A stretch of DNA of 62,462 nt from Polyangiaceae bacterium (lineage in GTDB: Bacteria; Myxococcota_A; Polyangia; Polyangiales; Polyangiaceae): NCBI GenBank assembly GCA_033763455.1, contig JANRKO010000066.1:1-62462 (forward strand), written 5' to 3'. Each line of letters starts with the position of its first letter. The stretch's first letter is position 1. Of this stretch, positions 27,249-37,703 are shown one piece after another. The position numbers and the translations under genes were made by a program. The notes under the pieces were generated by a model that was not told the origin of the DNA, did not search any database, and was given only the letters and a program-made list of their open reading frames with translations.

Positions 27249-29701
27249 TGAGTGCGCCCGCCGAACGTTGGAATGAACCCTCCGGGGTTCGGCTGCACCT
27301 GCCTCTGCCCGCGTGCGCGCACTGTGGGCTCGAGGTTCCCGCCGGGCGAATAGAACCAGACGCTGCCCGTCAGTTCTGTTGCGATGGGTGTTCTACCGTT
27401 TTTGCCCTGCTTCGGAGCTCTGAGCTTGAGGATTACTATCAGGTGCGTGATCGCCTCGGCGGAAAGCGCGAAGCGGCAATTGTTACTCAGAGAACCTACG
27501 AAGATTTTGACGATGAAGCTCTGCAAGCTCTCGTGGTAACGCGGGGCCCCGCGGGCGATAGCCGCGTGCGGTTTCATCTGGAGGGCTTACACTGTGGGGC
27601 GTGCGTTTGGTTGGTGGAGAAAGTGTGTCAGAAGGTGCCGGGCGTATTGGAGGCTCGCGTCGATCTGGGCCGCCAGCAGCTTAGCTTGGTTTACACGGCT
27701 GAGGCTCTCAAGCTCAGTACCTTAGCGAAGCGCCTCGATCGCTTCGGTTATCCTTGCCACGTCAACGTGGGCGATCCGGCAGATAGCGCCGCGCGTGAGC
27801 AGGATAAGAAGCTGTTAATTCGAATGGGCGTAGCCGCCGCAGCAGCGGGTAACGCGATGCTCATGGCTTTTGCGCTGTATTCTGGGCTCGCTCAGGGGGT
27901 TGATCGCGAGATCTGGACGCTCTTTCGCTGGGGCAGCCTTTTGGTGACGGTGCCGGCGGTGCTGTGGTGTGGGAGCGTGTTTTTTCAGCGCGCGTGGATG
28001 GCGCTTCGCGCACGCACTCCGCACATGGATATCCCGATCAGCCTTGGGATCCTTGCTGGCTTTATCTGGGGGGCGGTAAATACGGTGCGCGGTTCGGGGG
28101 AAATCTACTTCGATACGCTGGGGGTGCTCACGTTCTTGCTGTTGGTGGGGCGCTACATTCAGCAGCGAAGCCAGCGCCGTAGCTTGGATGACGCGGCACT
28201 CCTGCAGTCCCTCGCACCTTCGAGTGCGCGGGTTGAGACCGAAACCGGAACTCGCGAGCTACCTATCGGAGCAATCCCGGTAGGAGCCGTCGTGGTAGTG
28301 CAGGCGGGCGAGGTATTGCCGGTCGATGGCGTTGTTCTTACCGGAAGCTCCACTCTGAACGTGGCGCTGTTAACCGGAGAATCGATGCCCGAGGAGGTCG
28401 GGGAAGGGCAAAACGTTTTCGCTGGTACGCTGAATCTTCAATCGGAGCTGCGGATCTGTGCGTCGGCTTCTGGCCAGTCCACGCGAGTGGGGCAGCTCGT
28501 TAAAAGCCTCGAACATTCAGCCCTTTTGCGGCCAAAAATCGCGCTCCTGGCCGATCGGGTGGCAGCCTATTTCGTGGTGCTCGTAACGGCTCTCGCTGCG
28601 TTCACGGTGTGGCTATGGTGGTCTACGAGCCCGGAACGAGCCGTTGAAAATGCCATTGCGCTTTTAGTGGTGAGTTGTCCTTGTGCGCTGGCCATGGCAA
28701 CGCCCTTGGCGATTAGCAGCGCCCTCGGTCGCGCCGCGCGCGCTGGGATCTTGATTAAGAGTGGCGAAGCGGTGGAACGGCTCGCACAAGCCGAGGAGGT
28801 CGTATTCGACAAAACCGGAACGCTCACTGGAGGCCAACTGGGGCTCGCTGGATGGTGCGGCGACGAAAGCCTGAAGACGTGGGTGCAAGCCCTTGAAGCC
28901 CACTCCACTCACCCTGTGGGTCGTGCGCTCGCGGCGCACTTGCCCAGGGACCCCGACGTTCAGGTGTGTGATGCGAAGGCCACGTTGGGTTCGGGCATTG
29001 AAGGGACCGTGAACGGGCGGAACGTGCGAGTCGGAAAGCTTACCTTTGCGCTGGGCAACGCGGGGCTTCCTGAATTTGCGCTCAATTTCGCCGAAGCTTC
29101 GAGGCGCTTGGGCCGGAGCCTCGTGGCCGTATCGGTAGATGGAGCGGTGGCAGCCGTGGCCTCCTTGGAAGATCCGTTAAGGAAAGATGCGCAGGATTGC
29201 CTCACCAAGCTTCAAGGGTTCGGGCTGAAGCTTGCCGTGCTCTCGGGAGATCAACAATCGGTGGTGCAGAGCGTTGCCCAGGCGCTGGGCAATCCGTTCG
29301 CAGACGTGCGTGGCGAGGTGTCTCCGGAGGGCAAACGTGATGCGTTGGCGCTGCGTGCCAGCGGCGGACATGTGGTTATGGTCGGTGATGGGGTGAATGA
29401 CGCCGGAGCGTTAGCAGCCGCCAGTGTGGGCGTAGCCGTGCATGGTGGCGCCGAGGCAAGCCTGAAGGTGGCTGATGTGTATGTCACTAAAGAGGGCCTG
29501 GGGCCTTTGGTGCAGTTGTTCAGGGGCGCTCGCCGCACGCTTGCAGTCATCCGTCGCGGGATGGCATTTTCCCTGTTTTACAACGCCATCTCGATAGTGC
29601 TGGCTATGACGGGGCACCTGAATCCGCTCATTGCAGCCATCTTGATGCCGCTTAGCTCGATCACCGTGATCTTCAACGCGTATAGGAGTCGTACGTTCTG
29701 A
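27248..29701 (+). CDS. ccoI: CcoI/FixI-type P1B ATPase
   Basis: CAHCG..FCCDGC, HCGAC HMA domain, SCPCAL, DKTGT, GDGVND; ATG 27248 overlaps the upstream stop. Confidence 0.9.
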   Translation: MSAPAERWNEPSGVRLHLPLPACAHCGLEVPAGRIEPDAARQFCCDGCSTVFALLRSSELEDYYQVRDRLGGKREAAIVTQRTYEDFDDEALQALVVTRGPAGDSRVRFHLEGLHCGACVWLVEKVCQKVPGVLEARVDLGRQQLSLVYTAEALKLSTLAKRLDRFGYPCHVNVGDPADSAAREQDKKLLIRMGVAAAAAGNAMLMAFALYSGLAQGVDREIWTLFRWGSLLVTVPAVLWCGSVFFQRAWMALRARTPHMDIPISLGILAGFIWGAVNTVRGSGEIYFDTLGVLTFLLLVGRYIQQRSQRRSLDDAALLQSLAPSSARVETETGTRELPIGAIPVGAVVVVQAGEVLPVDGVVLTGSSTLNVALLTGESMPEEVGEGQNVFAGTLNLQSELRICASASGQSTRVGQLVKSLEHSALLRPKIALLADRVAAYFVVLVTALAAFTVWLWWSTSPERAVENAIALLVVSCPCALAMATPLAISSALGRAARAGILIKSGEAVERLAQAEEVVFDKTGTLTGGQLGLAGWCGDESLKTWVQALEAHSTHPVGRALAAHLPRDPDVQVCDAKATLGSGIEGTVNGRNVRVGKLTFALGNAGLPEFALNFAEASRRLGRSLVAVSVDGAVAAVASLEDPLRKDAQDCLTKLQGFGLKLAVLSGDQQSVVQSVAQALGNPFADVRGEVSPEGKRDALALRASGGHVVMVGDGVNDAGALAAASVGVAVHGGAEASLKVADVYVTKEGLGPLVQLFRGARRTLAVIRRGMAFSLFYNAISIVLAMTGHLNPLIAAILMPLSSITVIFNAYRSRTF

Positions 29702-29798
29702 TGAGGTTGTGGAGCCAAGTAGAGTTCGGTTGGCGTCAGTGCTCGGGACGATGCCAACACATCGCAGGGCCCCGGTACGTTGCGTGCGGAGGGTGTGC

Positions 29799-29975
29799 AT
29801 GAGTGTGCTGTTTGTGCTTTTGCCGCTTGGTATCCTGCTGTCGGCGGGCGCCACGGTGGCGTACATTTGGGCTGTCAAACGCGGTCAATTTGACGACACT
29901 CAGACGCCGGCGCTACGGATTTTGATGGACGACGAAGAACATCGGCGGGCGGCGACAACTGACGTGAAGGACTGA
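29799..29975 (+). CDS. ccoS: cbb3 assembly protein CcoS
   Basis: WAVKRGQFDD..PALRIL. Confidence 0.9.
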   Translation: MSVLFVLLPLGILLSAGATVAYIWAVKRGQFDDTQTPALRILMDDEEHRRAATTDVKD

Positions 29976-30303
29976 GCACAGCGTGCTTAGCGGCAATCTG
30001 CGTCGACGCCCCAGCAGCAATTTTCAGGCCCAACAGTCAGGATCTTGCGCGCGGCGTCGCATGAAAGGGGTTGTTGCCCGATCAGCGATATTTAGCATGA
30101 CAAGTATCGTGAGATTCCCGTGACACGCATAGGTTGCGTCCAGTTGGATAGATGCGCATTCGCTGCGCCTGTCGCGAGCATTCGCCGCACTCGCCGTGTG
30201 CGCGTTATATGGGCGAGAGGCTCCGCGTATCGGCACTAGGTTTTTCACATTGCTCGTGCGCCCTTTACGTTGAGTCGACGTTGCTTCGGAGGTTTCACTC
30301 CTT

Positions 30304-30319
30304 TGGCACGAAGGTTGCT
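30304..30319 (+). promoter_or_regulatory. sigma54 promoter of ppsA
   Basis: TGGCACGAAGGTTGCT, matching the TGGCACG-N4-TTGC consensus. Confidence 0.7.
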
Positions 30320-30331
30320 GCCAGTTCCGCG

Positions 30332-32593
30332 ATGGCTGCACAAATAGTTTGGTTTGAGGCGCTTTCGCGCAAAGATGTGGCGATTGCTGGTGGTAAGGGG
30401 TCCAACCTGGCGGAGATGACGCGGGCCGGGTTGCCGGTTCCACCAGGCTTCGTGGTGACGGCTCAAGCATTCCTCGGGGCGCTTGATGCGGCCGGCATTC
30501 GGCAGGAGTTGGCTAGCTTGTTTGCAACGGTGGACGCCAAAGACGCGGGCGCGCTCAGTCGCACGTCGGAGCAAATGCGGCGGCGTATCTTGGATGCCGA
30601 GCTTCCAGCTTCGCTCACATCGGAACTTGTGGCGGCGTATGAACGATTGGGTGCGGGCCAACCTGTGGCTGTTCGGTCTTCGGCAACCTCCGAAGATACG
30701 GCCAGTACTTCGTTTGCAGGCATGCACGAAAGCTATACGCATGTTACCGGCACGGCGGCGCTGATTCAGAAGGTTAAAGCGTGCTGGGCCTCGGCTTACG
30801 GGCAGCGCGTGCTTGCGTACCGAAAAGCGCAGAATATGGCGGAAGAGCCCACGATTGCCGTTGTGGTGCAACGCATGGTGAGCTCGGCTCGGTCAGGCGT
30901 GCTCTTTACGGCTGATCCATCTACTGGAGATACCTCGCGCATCATTGTGGAAGGAGCTTTCGGTTTGGGTGAGGTCGTCGTGGGCGGGCAGGTTGAGCCA
31001 GACACGTACACGCTCTCCAAGAGTGGGCCGCGTTTGTTAGAGGTGCGAGTTGGGCAGAAGGCGTTCAAGATAATCCGCGGAGCAAACGGGCAAGATGAGA
31101 AAGTGGAGCTCTCGGAGGCCGAAGGCGCTCAACGCGTGTTGAGTGATCAAGAGGTGCTCAAGTTGGGGGAGCTCGGTTTGAAAGTGGAGGAACACTACGG
31201 TGCGCCTCAAGACATGGAGTGGGCCGAAGCGGAGGGGCAGTGGTACTTGGTGCAAACGCGCCCGATCACGACACTGAACAAGGCTGGGCAGGGGGAGCTT
31301 TTGGTGAGCGGCCTCGGGGCTTCGCCGGGCGTAGCGCACGGCAAGGTGCGCGTGATTCGGGACCCGTCGGATGGGGGACAACTACAAGACGGAGAAGTCT
31401 TGGTGGCACCGATGACCTCGCCAGATTGGGTGCCTGCGATTCGCCGAGCCGCCGCTTTGGTTACGGATAGTGGCGGGGTTACCTGTCATGCGGCCATCGT
31501 TAGCCGAGAGTTGGGGATCCCGTGTGTGGTGGGGACGCGCACGGCTACGCGCGTGTTGCGCGCAGGCGAGGTAGTGACGGCGGATGGAACGAAGGGGCGT
31601 GTGACGGCGGGCGGGACCAGCCTGGTGGCTTTGAGCAAGAGTGAACCCGTGGCGCCGATGCCTGTGGTGGTGAGTGAAGTGGAGTCGCTGGCGACGCGCG
31701 TCTACGTGAACCTTGCGATCGCGTCGCACGCAGAAGCTGTGGCGATGCTTCCGGTTGATGGCGTGGGGCTGTTGCGCGCAGAGTTTCTACTTACCGAGGC
31801 CTTGGGGGGGCGGCATCCGAAAGAGGTGATAGCTTCCAGTGGGAGAGCAGAATTTCTCGACAAGATGAGCGAAGCGTTGCGGCGTATTACCCGCGCATTT
31901 CAGCCTAGGCCGGTTATCTACCGTACATATGATTTTCGCACCAATGAGTTCCGTGGGCTAAAAGGCGGAGATAGCTTCGAGCCGCTCGAAGAAAATCCGA
32001 TGATCGGGTATCGAGGGTGCTTTCGGTACGTCAAAGATCCAGAGCTTTTCAAGCTGGAATTGGAGGTGTTGGCTCGGGTGCGCGAGGAAACGCCGAATCT
32101 TCATGTGATGATCCCATTCGTTCGCACACGTTGGGAACTGGAAGCCTGCCTGGAGCTCATTGAGAAGAGTCCACTTGGCAAACAACGCGGGCTCCACCGT
32201 TGGGTGATGGCGGAGGTTCCTTCGGCGCCCTTCTACATTCCGGAATACGCTCGGATGGGGATTGATGGGGTTTCGATAGGTTCCAATGATCTTACTCAGT
32301 TGGTGCTCGGTGTGGATCGCGATTCGGCGACGTGTGCGGAGCTTTTCGATGAGTCAGACCCAGCTGTGTTAGACACGATTTCGCGCATTATTTCCGCTTG
32401 CAGGAGCGCCGGCATTACTTCTTCCTTGTGCGGGCAAGCGCCTTCGAATCGCCCTGAGTTTGCCGAACACCTGGTGCGCTTGGGAATCACTTCTATCTCG
32501 GTGAATGTGGACGCGGTGGGCTCCGCGCGTCGCGCCGTTGGCTCGGCCGAACGGCGGATGATGCTGGAGGCTGCGTTACGGGCGCGAGGCTGA
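30332..32593 (+). CDS. ppsA: Phosphoenolpyruvate synthase
   Basis: [53 protein letters not shown]. Confidence 0.95.
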   Translation: MAAQIVWFEALSRKDVAIAGGKGSNLAEMTRAGLPVPPGFVVTAQAFLGALDAAGIRQELASLFATVDAKDAGALSRTSEQMRRRILDAELPASLTSELVAAYERLGAGQPVAVRSSATSEDTASTSFAGMHESYTHVTGTAALIQKVKACWASAYGQRVLAYRKAQNMAEEPTIAVVVQRMVSSARSGVLFTADPSTGDTSRIIVEGAFGLGEVVVGGQVEPDTYTLSKSGPRLLEVRVGQKAFKIIRGANGQDEKVELSEAEGAQRVLSDQEVLKLGELGLKVEEHYGAPQDMEWAEAEGQWYLVQTRPITTLNKAGQGELLVSGLGASPGVAHGKVRVIRDPSDGGQLQDGEVLVAPMTSPDWVPAIRRAAALVTDSGGVTCHAAIVSRELGIPCVVGTRTATRVLRAGEVVTADGTKGRVTAGGTSLVALSKSEPVAPMPVVVSEVESLATRVYVNLAIASHAEAVAMLPVDGVGLLRAEFLLTEALGGRHPKEVIASSGRAEFLDKMSEALRRITRAFQPRPVIYRTYDFRTNEFRGLKGGDSFEPLEENPMIGYRGCFRYVKDPELFKLELEVLARVREETPNLHVMIPFVRTRWELEACLELIEKSPLGKQRGLHRWVMAEVPSAPFYIPEYARMGIDGVSIGSNDLTQLVLGVDRDSATCAELFDESDPAVLDTISRIISACRSAGITSSLCGQAPSNRPEFAEHLVRLGITSISVNVDAVGSARRAVGSAERRMMLEAALRARG

Positions 32594-32597
32594 GCCT

Positions 32598-33308
32598 TCA
32601 GAACAAAAACGGCAGTACAGCGCGGCGTTGCTTGGGGTACATTTCTCGCCCCTCTTGCCCATCAAAGTGGCGCAGGTAGGAGCGATGGCGCGTAAGGCCC
32701 CAAGTAAGGAGGATGGCCGTGGTGAGCGAAGCAAATAAAAAGGTTCCCCAACAGGGGAAGGCCAGCGCAAAACCCCACCAGGCCGTGATTTCAAAGAAAT
32801 AGTGCGGCGAGGAGACTCGCTCAAACATCCCGCCCCGGGGGATACGATGAGCCGTTTCGCCAGGGGCCCGGAGCTTGTGCAGGTGAAAGTGGCTCCAAGC
32901 GTTACCCGTCTCCGCTGCTGCAAATAGAGCAACACCTAGAATTAGCTGAAGCGGACCCGGGAAGCGATAATCAGGAGCGGCCAATGTATATGCGATAAAG
33001 CCGCCCTGACCCCAGTAATAAATGTACTCGAGGAGTACACCCACATATGGAGCGGGGGGCTTCGAATAGCGATGAACCCAAGCGCTTTCAGCCGTCCGAC
33101 GGAGGAAGTGCAACACCCAGAGCAGCGTCGCTAAAGCGAGGAGAGGTCGCTCAAAGAGTTGAGTGAAGTCTGGATCTTTGCGCACAAAGAGCACTACGGC
33201 CGGAAACACAAGCGACGTGATCGCGTAGCTTACGATGTTGTGCAGTTGCATTGGCACCCCGTGCTTGCCGTGAAGCAGCGTGATTTGGTGCCATTCTTCT
33301 TTGTGCAT
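32598..33308 (-). CDS. Steroid 5-alpha-reductase / trans-2-enoyl-CoA reductase (TECR/Tsc13-like) family membrane protein
   Basis: HFLRRTAESAWVHRYS, GNAWSH..L..LR, IPRGGMFERVSSPHYFFE, RRAVLPFLF; start uncertain. Confidence 0.8.
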   Translation of the reverse strand: MHKEEWHQITLLHGKHGVPMQLHNIVSYAITSLVFPAVVLFVRKDPDFTQLFERPLLALATLLWVLHFLRRTAESAWVHRYSKPPAPYVGVLLEYIYYWGQGGFIAYTLAAPDYRFPGPLQLILGVALFAAAETGNAWSHFHLHKLRAPGETAHRIPRGGMFERVSSPHYFFEITAWWGFALAFPCWGTFLFASLTTAILLTWGLTRHRSYLRHFDGQEGREMYPKQRRAVLPFLF

Positions 33309-33318
33309 GCGTGGAGGG

Positions 33319-34479
33319 TTAGTTGCAGGGCGCTCCGCCAAATACGGCGGGGCAAAGCGCCGCACTCTTATCGGCTAACACGCGAGTTGTGTGCAGCACG
33401 CGGCATTGCAAGGTGTTGCCGGAAGCCGCAGATGCGGTGGTGTACCCGGAGTCTTTTTTGGCGTTGAAGGTTGCCGGCATGCCGAAACATTCGCTCAGGC
33501 AGGCGGCAGCATCGGCGTATTTTTGACCGAATTCTGTCGGGCAAGCGCCAGCTGCCAGCTGGCAGTAAGATTCGCAGTTGGCAAAGGAGGCGTCAGTATC
33601 TTTTCCGCAGTGCCCATCACCCGTGGGGCCGGCGTGGGAGCAATGCGTTTTGGGATCGAGTAGAGAATTGTAAGCGTGGTATTTGCGGCAACCGACGGTG
33701 TTTTCGGTTTTGTGGTCCAGCTGGCCTACCGTTAGCTTGGTGCACGTCTGGAGGCACTGCGAAACAGATTCATAGACCGCATCCGCGCCAGTGCATGCCA
33801 CCGTCACGATCTGGCAGTAGTCCGCACAGGCAGGAGGTGTAGTGAGGGGATCATCCACGCACGGGGGGGTGGGGGTAATCGTCGCGTGGGGACAGTGTCC
33901 TTCGGCGTTTACGGTTGCTGAGCTGACGTGGACGAGGCGGCACTGCAGGGTATCCGTGTCATGGTTCTTGGTGGCGTCAAAACCGAGCGAGTCGTCCGTT
34001 GCGGTGGCATCGCGTAGCGCTAGGCACTTGGCTGGGCAATCAACAACTCCAGCTGCTTGCTCGGGGCAGGTTTTCGCAAGCAACGAGCAGTAGCTGGCGC
34101 AGTTGGTCCCGCAAGCCTTGCCGCCGCCAGGGCCTGCCGACTCACAGTACACGTTGAGTTCGCCCGTCGTGACCGCTTTTCGAGCCTGATCGAGGCGGCA
34201 CGCCACGGTATTACCGGCGGGCTCAATGGAGTCCCCCGCTTCCAACAGTGCACATACGCCCAAACAGGTTTCCATGCCCGAGTAAACCTGAAATTTCCCC
34301 GTACAACTGCTAATCACCTCTTCACAATATTGAAGGCACTGAGGCGTGGCGTTTTGGCGCTGAAGCGTCTTTGCGTCAGCGAGCTCGCGATCTTCGATTC
34401 CAATGATGGACTCACAGGCAGAGAGAGAGGCCACAAGGACACACGCAGCTGCGAGCAACGAATTTTTGTCGGTTTTCAT
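33319..34479 (-). CDS. Cys-rich repeat lipoprotein
   Basis: Lipobox LSAC; about four repeats of C..YC...C...C...(N/D)T..CR. Confidence 0.7.
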   Translation of the reverse strand: MKTDKNSLLAAACVLVASLSACESIIGIEDRELADAKTLQRQNATPQCLQYCEEVISSCTGKFQVYSGMETCLGVCALLEAGDSIEPAGNTVACRLDQARKAVTTGELNVYCESAGPGGGKACGTNCASYCSLLAKTCPEQAAGVVDCPAKCLALRDATATDDSLGFDATKNHDTDTLQCRLVHVSSATVNAEGHCPHATITPTPPCVDDPLTTPPACADYCQIVTVACTGADAVYESVSQCLQTCTKLTVGQLDHKTENTVGCRKYHAYNSLLDPKTHCSHAGPTGDGHCGKDTDASFANCESYCQLAAGACPTEFGQKYADAAACLSECFGMPATFNAKKDSGYTTASAASGNTLQCRVLHTTRVLADKSAALCPAVFGGAPCN

Positions 34480-35501
34480 TAGAAGCTCCCTCCGAGGCTG
34501 AGCTTGGCGCCACCTACGGTGGGTACCAAACCAAGATGTGCGCTATTCGGATCGTCCGGTGCTGTGAAGAACAAGACGGCTCCCCCGAGGGCTACGGCCG
34601 CTCCCCCGATCACTCCGATATTGGCGAAGAGGGCTGCGTCTTGGGCGTCTTTTGAGGCATCGACGCCCGCTTGAGTGGTGCAGAATTTCCCCTGGCACTC
34701 GTCTTTGGCCTGGTTGTTCTTGGAGATCGCCGTAAGGCCAAAGTAGCCTCCCACCGCCAGGCCAACACCGCCGACACCCATGAGTACAGCGCCGTAGGTC
34801 TTTTGGTGCGAGGTGGACGCCGAGTCTGCTGGGGTAGTCGTGAAGGCGGCGGGTGCGCTTGGGGCAGACGGTGTCGCGCTTGGCGGTACGGGCGCTGGAG
34901 CGGCCACAGGCTCCGGCTTTAACGGTGGGATCTCAACGACAGCCGTTGCTCCATCAGCAGCTACCGTCACTGTCGTTGTGAAAGCGTAATATCCGGGAGC
35001 GCTGGCTTTCACTTCGGAGGTTCCTGGATCCACGGGCAGCGCGGTGCCGAACAGAGGTGCGCCGAGCTTTTCGGTTCCTCGGTGGAGCTCGAACCCAGGG
35101 AGCTCACGGTTGAAGGCGTCTACGTTAATCGTGAGCCTCGAGAGCTTGGGGGCCAGACGATCCGCTCGGCGTTGGCCTTCTCGGGCTCGCTCGTTCTGGC
35201 CAGTTGCTGCAGCGGACGATGCCGCCTCTCGAAAGGTGGCCCAGGCACTCGCTGTGCGGCCGCTCAGCTCGTAACACTCGGCGAGATAGAGCAGCGTGCC
35301 GATGCCAGGATCGATGCGTTCGCTCTGTTCCAGCTTTGGGCACGCAAGTTCGAATTTACGCGCTTTCATCAATGAAAGGCCCTCGTCGAACAAGGCTTCA
35401 GCTGCTGCTTTGTTGTCCGCCGAGGTCTGCGCAGCACACGGAAGCGTGACGCTCGCCACAAGCCCGATGCTTCCCACACTAAGAATTAAGGTACGCCGCA
35501 T
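34479..35501 (-). CDS. Myxobacterial TPR/PEGA-like protein
   Basis: AEALFDEG..ACPKLEQS..GTLLYLAEC; LPVDPG..SAPG; C-terminal TM segments. Confidence 0.75.
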   Translation of the reverse strand: MRRTLILSVGSIGLVASVTLPCAAQTSADNKAAAEALFDEGLSLMKARKFELACPKLEQSERIDPGIGTLLYLAECYELSGRTASAWATFREAASSAAATGQNERAREGQRRADRLAPKLSRLTINVDAFNRELPGFELHRGTEKLGAPLFGTALPVDPGTSEVKASAPGYYAFTTTVTVAADGATAVVEIPPLKPEPVAAPAPVPPSATPSAPSAPAAFTTTPADSASTSHQKTYGAVLMGVGGVGLAVGGYFGLTAISKNNQAKDECQGKFCTTQAGVDASKDAQDAALFANIGVIGGAAVALGGAVLFFTAPDDPNSAHLGLVPTVGGAKLSLGGSF

Positions 35502-35543
35502 GACCGCGTACCTTATCTGGGTTTGCTCACAATTGAAGCAGGA

Positions 35544-37007
35544 TCAGCGCCGGCCGCCGAAATCACTAATGCCGGAGGATGTATCCTGCTTGGCCGAAGG
35601 TGCGGCGGCCTTGCTGCTAGCTGGCTTCTTAGGCAGCGGGCGGGTCTTCGCGGAAGCGATCGTTGAAGCTGTGCTGCTAGGTACGGGAGGTGGGGGCTCG
35701 CTAGGGACGGGTGCCGCCGAGACTGCCGACAGCACAGATGAAGCGCCGGGCGCCGGTGGAGGCGTGGGTGCAGCGGCTGGCTTCACCTCTTGGGGATGAG
35801 CCGCTGGGGCGCGACTCACAGCAGCTTCTGCTGCCGGCTCGGCGTGAGACGTGAACTTGATGAGCCCATACCCGATGGCGAGCGTGCCCAGAACGCCTGC
35901 TGCGATCAGCAGGGGGGCCAGGGCAGAGCGCCGGGTGCGAGAGGTTTTTTCCCAGGAAGCCAGCGTTCCAGCTGCCGTGTTGGCGGCAATGGGGCTTGGG
36001 GCTAATGGCGCCGTGATAGGTGCCGGCCCAACGCCTACCAGCGTTGGGGACTCCATCAATGCGGCGTCCCCGAGCGCTGAGCCGACTGACGAATTGACTA
36101 GCTTTCGGGCGCGATCCGCGTGCACGCCCCCTGACTGCGGAGCGAAGGGCGCGAGGGCCACAAACAATTCGCCGACGGTGGCCCAACGCTTCTCCCTGTC
36201 TTTTTCAAGGCAACGCATCACCGCTGCCTCCAAGGCCTCCGGCAAATCGGGCCGCAGTTGACGAGGCGGCGGCGGCACGTCCGTAAGCAGAGCTTTACAT
36301 AGCTGCGGCAGCGTTTCCGCTTCGTACGGGGGCCGACCCGTAAGGAGCTCATATAAGATCGCTCCGAGTGCCCAAATGTCCGCACGGGTGTCCACGTCCC
36401 TGGCGGACATCATTTGCTCGGGGCACATGTAGAGCGGCGAACCGATAATGGAACGTGAAGCCGTTAGGCTGAGCTCTTGGCCCGTGCCCGAGCTGCTCAT
36501 CGACTTGGAAATGCCGAAATCTAGGACCTTTACGCGCCGAGAGCCGTCGCCTCGGTCAGCCAGGTAGAGGTTCGCGGGTTTAAGATCGCGGTGCACGATG
36601 CCGGCGGCGTGCGCCAAAGATACGGCCTCGATAGCTTCCAGAATGAAACTCACGGATTCGGGAATCGCAAAACGCATCCCCGCGCCCAGTGCCTGGCTAA
36701 GATCTTGGCCCTCCAGGTGCTCCATCACCATGTAAGGCACGCCATGCTCCAATGTTCCCACGTCGAGCACGCGGCATACATGTTCGCTCTGGATCTTTGC
36801 CGCCGCGCGAGCTTCACGACGGAAGCGCTCCGCTGCGTCTCCTTGTTGGGCGACCGCTGGTAACAGGAATTTGATGGCAACCTTGCGATCCAATTCTAGG
36901 TGCTGCGCGGCTACCACCACGCCCATGCCGCCTTCGCCCAGGACGCCGTCCACGCGGTACTTCCCTGCGATCAAGGAGCCGGGTGTCAGCACGAGGTCGG
37001 GCAACAT
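35544..37007 (-). CDS. Membrane-anchored Ser/Thr protein kinase
   Basis: LGEGGMG, VAIK, HRDLKPAN, DFG, GSPLYM; C-terminal TM and Pro-rich tail. Confidence 0.93.
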   Translation of the reverse strand: MLPDLVLTPGSLIAGKYRVDGVLGEGGMGVVVAAQHLELDRKVAIKFLLPAVAQQGDAAERFRREARAAAKIQSEHVCRVLDVGTLEHGVPYMVMEHLEGQDLSQALGAGMRFAIPESVSFILEAIEAVSLAHAAGIVHRDLKPANLYLADRGDGSRRVKVLDFGISKSMSSSGTGQELSLTASRSIIGSPLYMCPEQMMSARDVDTRADIWALGAILYELLTGRPPYEAETLPQLCKALLTDVPPPPRQLRPDLPEALEAAVMRCLEKDREKRWATVGELFVALAPFAPQSGGVHADRARKLVNSSVGSALGDAALMESPTLVGVGPAPITAPLAPSPIAANTAAGTLASWEKTSRTRRSALAPLLIAAGVLGTLAIGYGLIKFTSHAEPAAEAAVSRAPAAHPQEVKPAAAPTPPPAPGASSVLSAVSAAPVPSEPPPPVPSSTASTIASAKTRPLPKKPASSKAAAPSAKQDTSSGISDFGGRR

Positions 37008-37146
37008 GGGCCAACAATCTAGACGAAAATCCGCGGTGGGCGGCCATTCTTTTTGAAAACATGCCGAAAGTCGCGAAAAATGAGGCGATCCGGCGAGACC
37101 AGGCTTTTGCTTCCCCTGCGCCCTCCGTCGTGCGAAATAGGGGAGC

Positions 37147-37614
37147 ATGTGGCGAACGCGCGGGCGATGGAATGCCGTCGGTGTGTTGCTGCTGGGGCCT
37201 GCCCTAGGAAGTGGGTGCGGAGAACCAGCACCAAGCGAACCCGCTGATGGGGGCTTACTCGCGCGTATCCAGAGCTCCCACTACCAAACGTGGGGAAGGC
37301 CGCCTGGCTGGGAACAGCGCAAGGTTGGGATCGCGTTGCACGGAGATGCGGTAGATATCTTCTTCAATTCCGAAATGGAACAAGCGCTTAAGAGCCCAGG
37401 GCTCAGCGAATGGCCTGTGGGGTCGATGCTCGTGAAAGATGGCTATCGGAGCTCCGTGCGCACGCTAACCGCCGTGCTGGAGAAGCGCGAGCAAGGTTGG
37501 GTTTTCGCCGAATACGGAGCTTCTTGGGAGCAGAAAGCGTTTGGCCAACCAGAACCTTGTGTGGGCTGCCATCGAGACGCGGTAGACTCGGTGTACAGTG
37601 TGGCTTTGCCGTAA
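37147..37614 (+). CDS. Cytochrome P460-like c-type cytochrome lipoprotein
   Basis: WPVGSMLVKD, GWVFAEY, C-terminal CVGCH. Confidence 0.6.
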   Translation: MWRTRGRWNAVGVLLLGPALGSGCGEPAPSEPADGGLLARIQSSHYQTWGRPPGWEQRKVGIALHGDAVDIFFNSEMEQALKSPGLSEWPVGSMLVKDGYRSSVRTLTAVLEKREQGWVFAEYGASWEQKAFGQPEPCVGCHRDAVDSVYSVALP

Positions 37615-37703
37615 GTATCGAAAGAGCCGGAAAACCGCCCGAAGTCGAATGCGGCCCGGCGTAACCACGCTTTGAGCATTAGCTGGTTGTATCGCTGGCC
37701 CCA

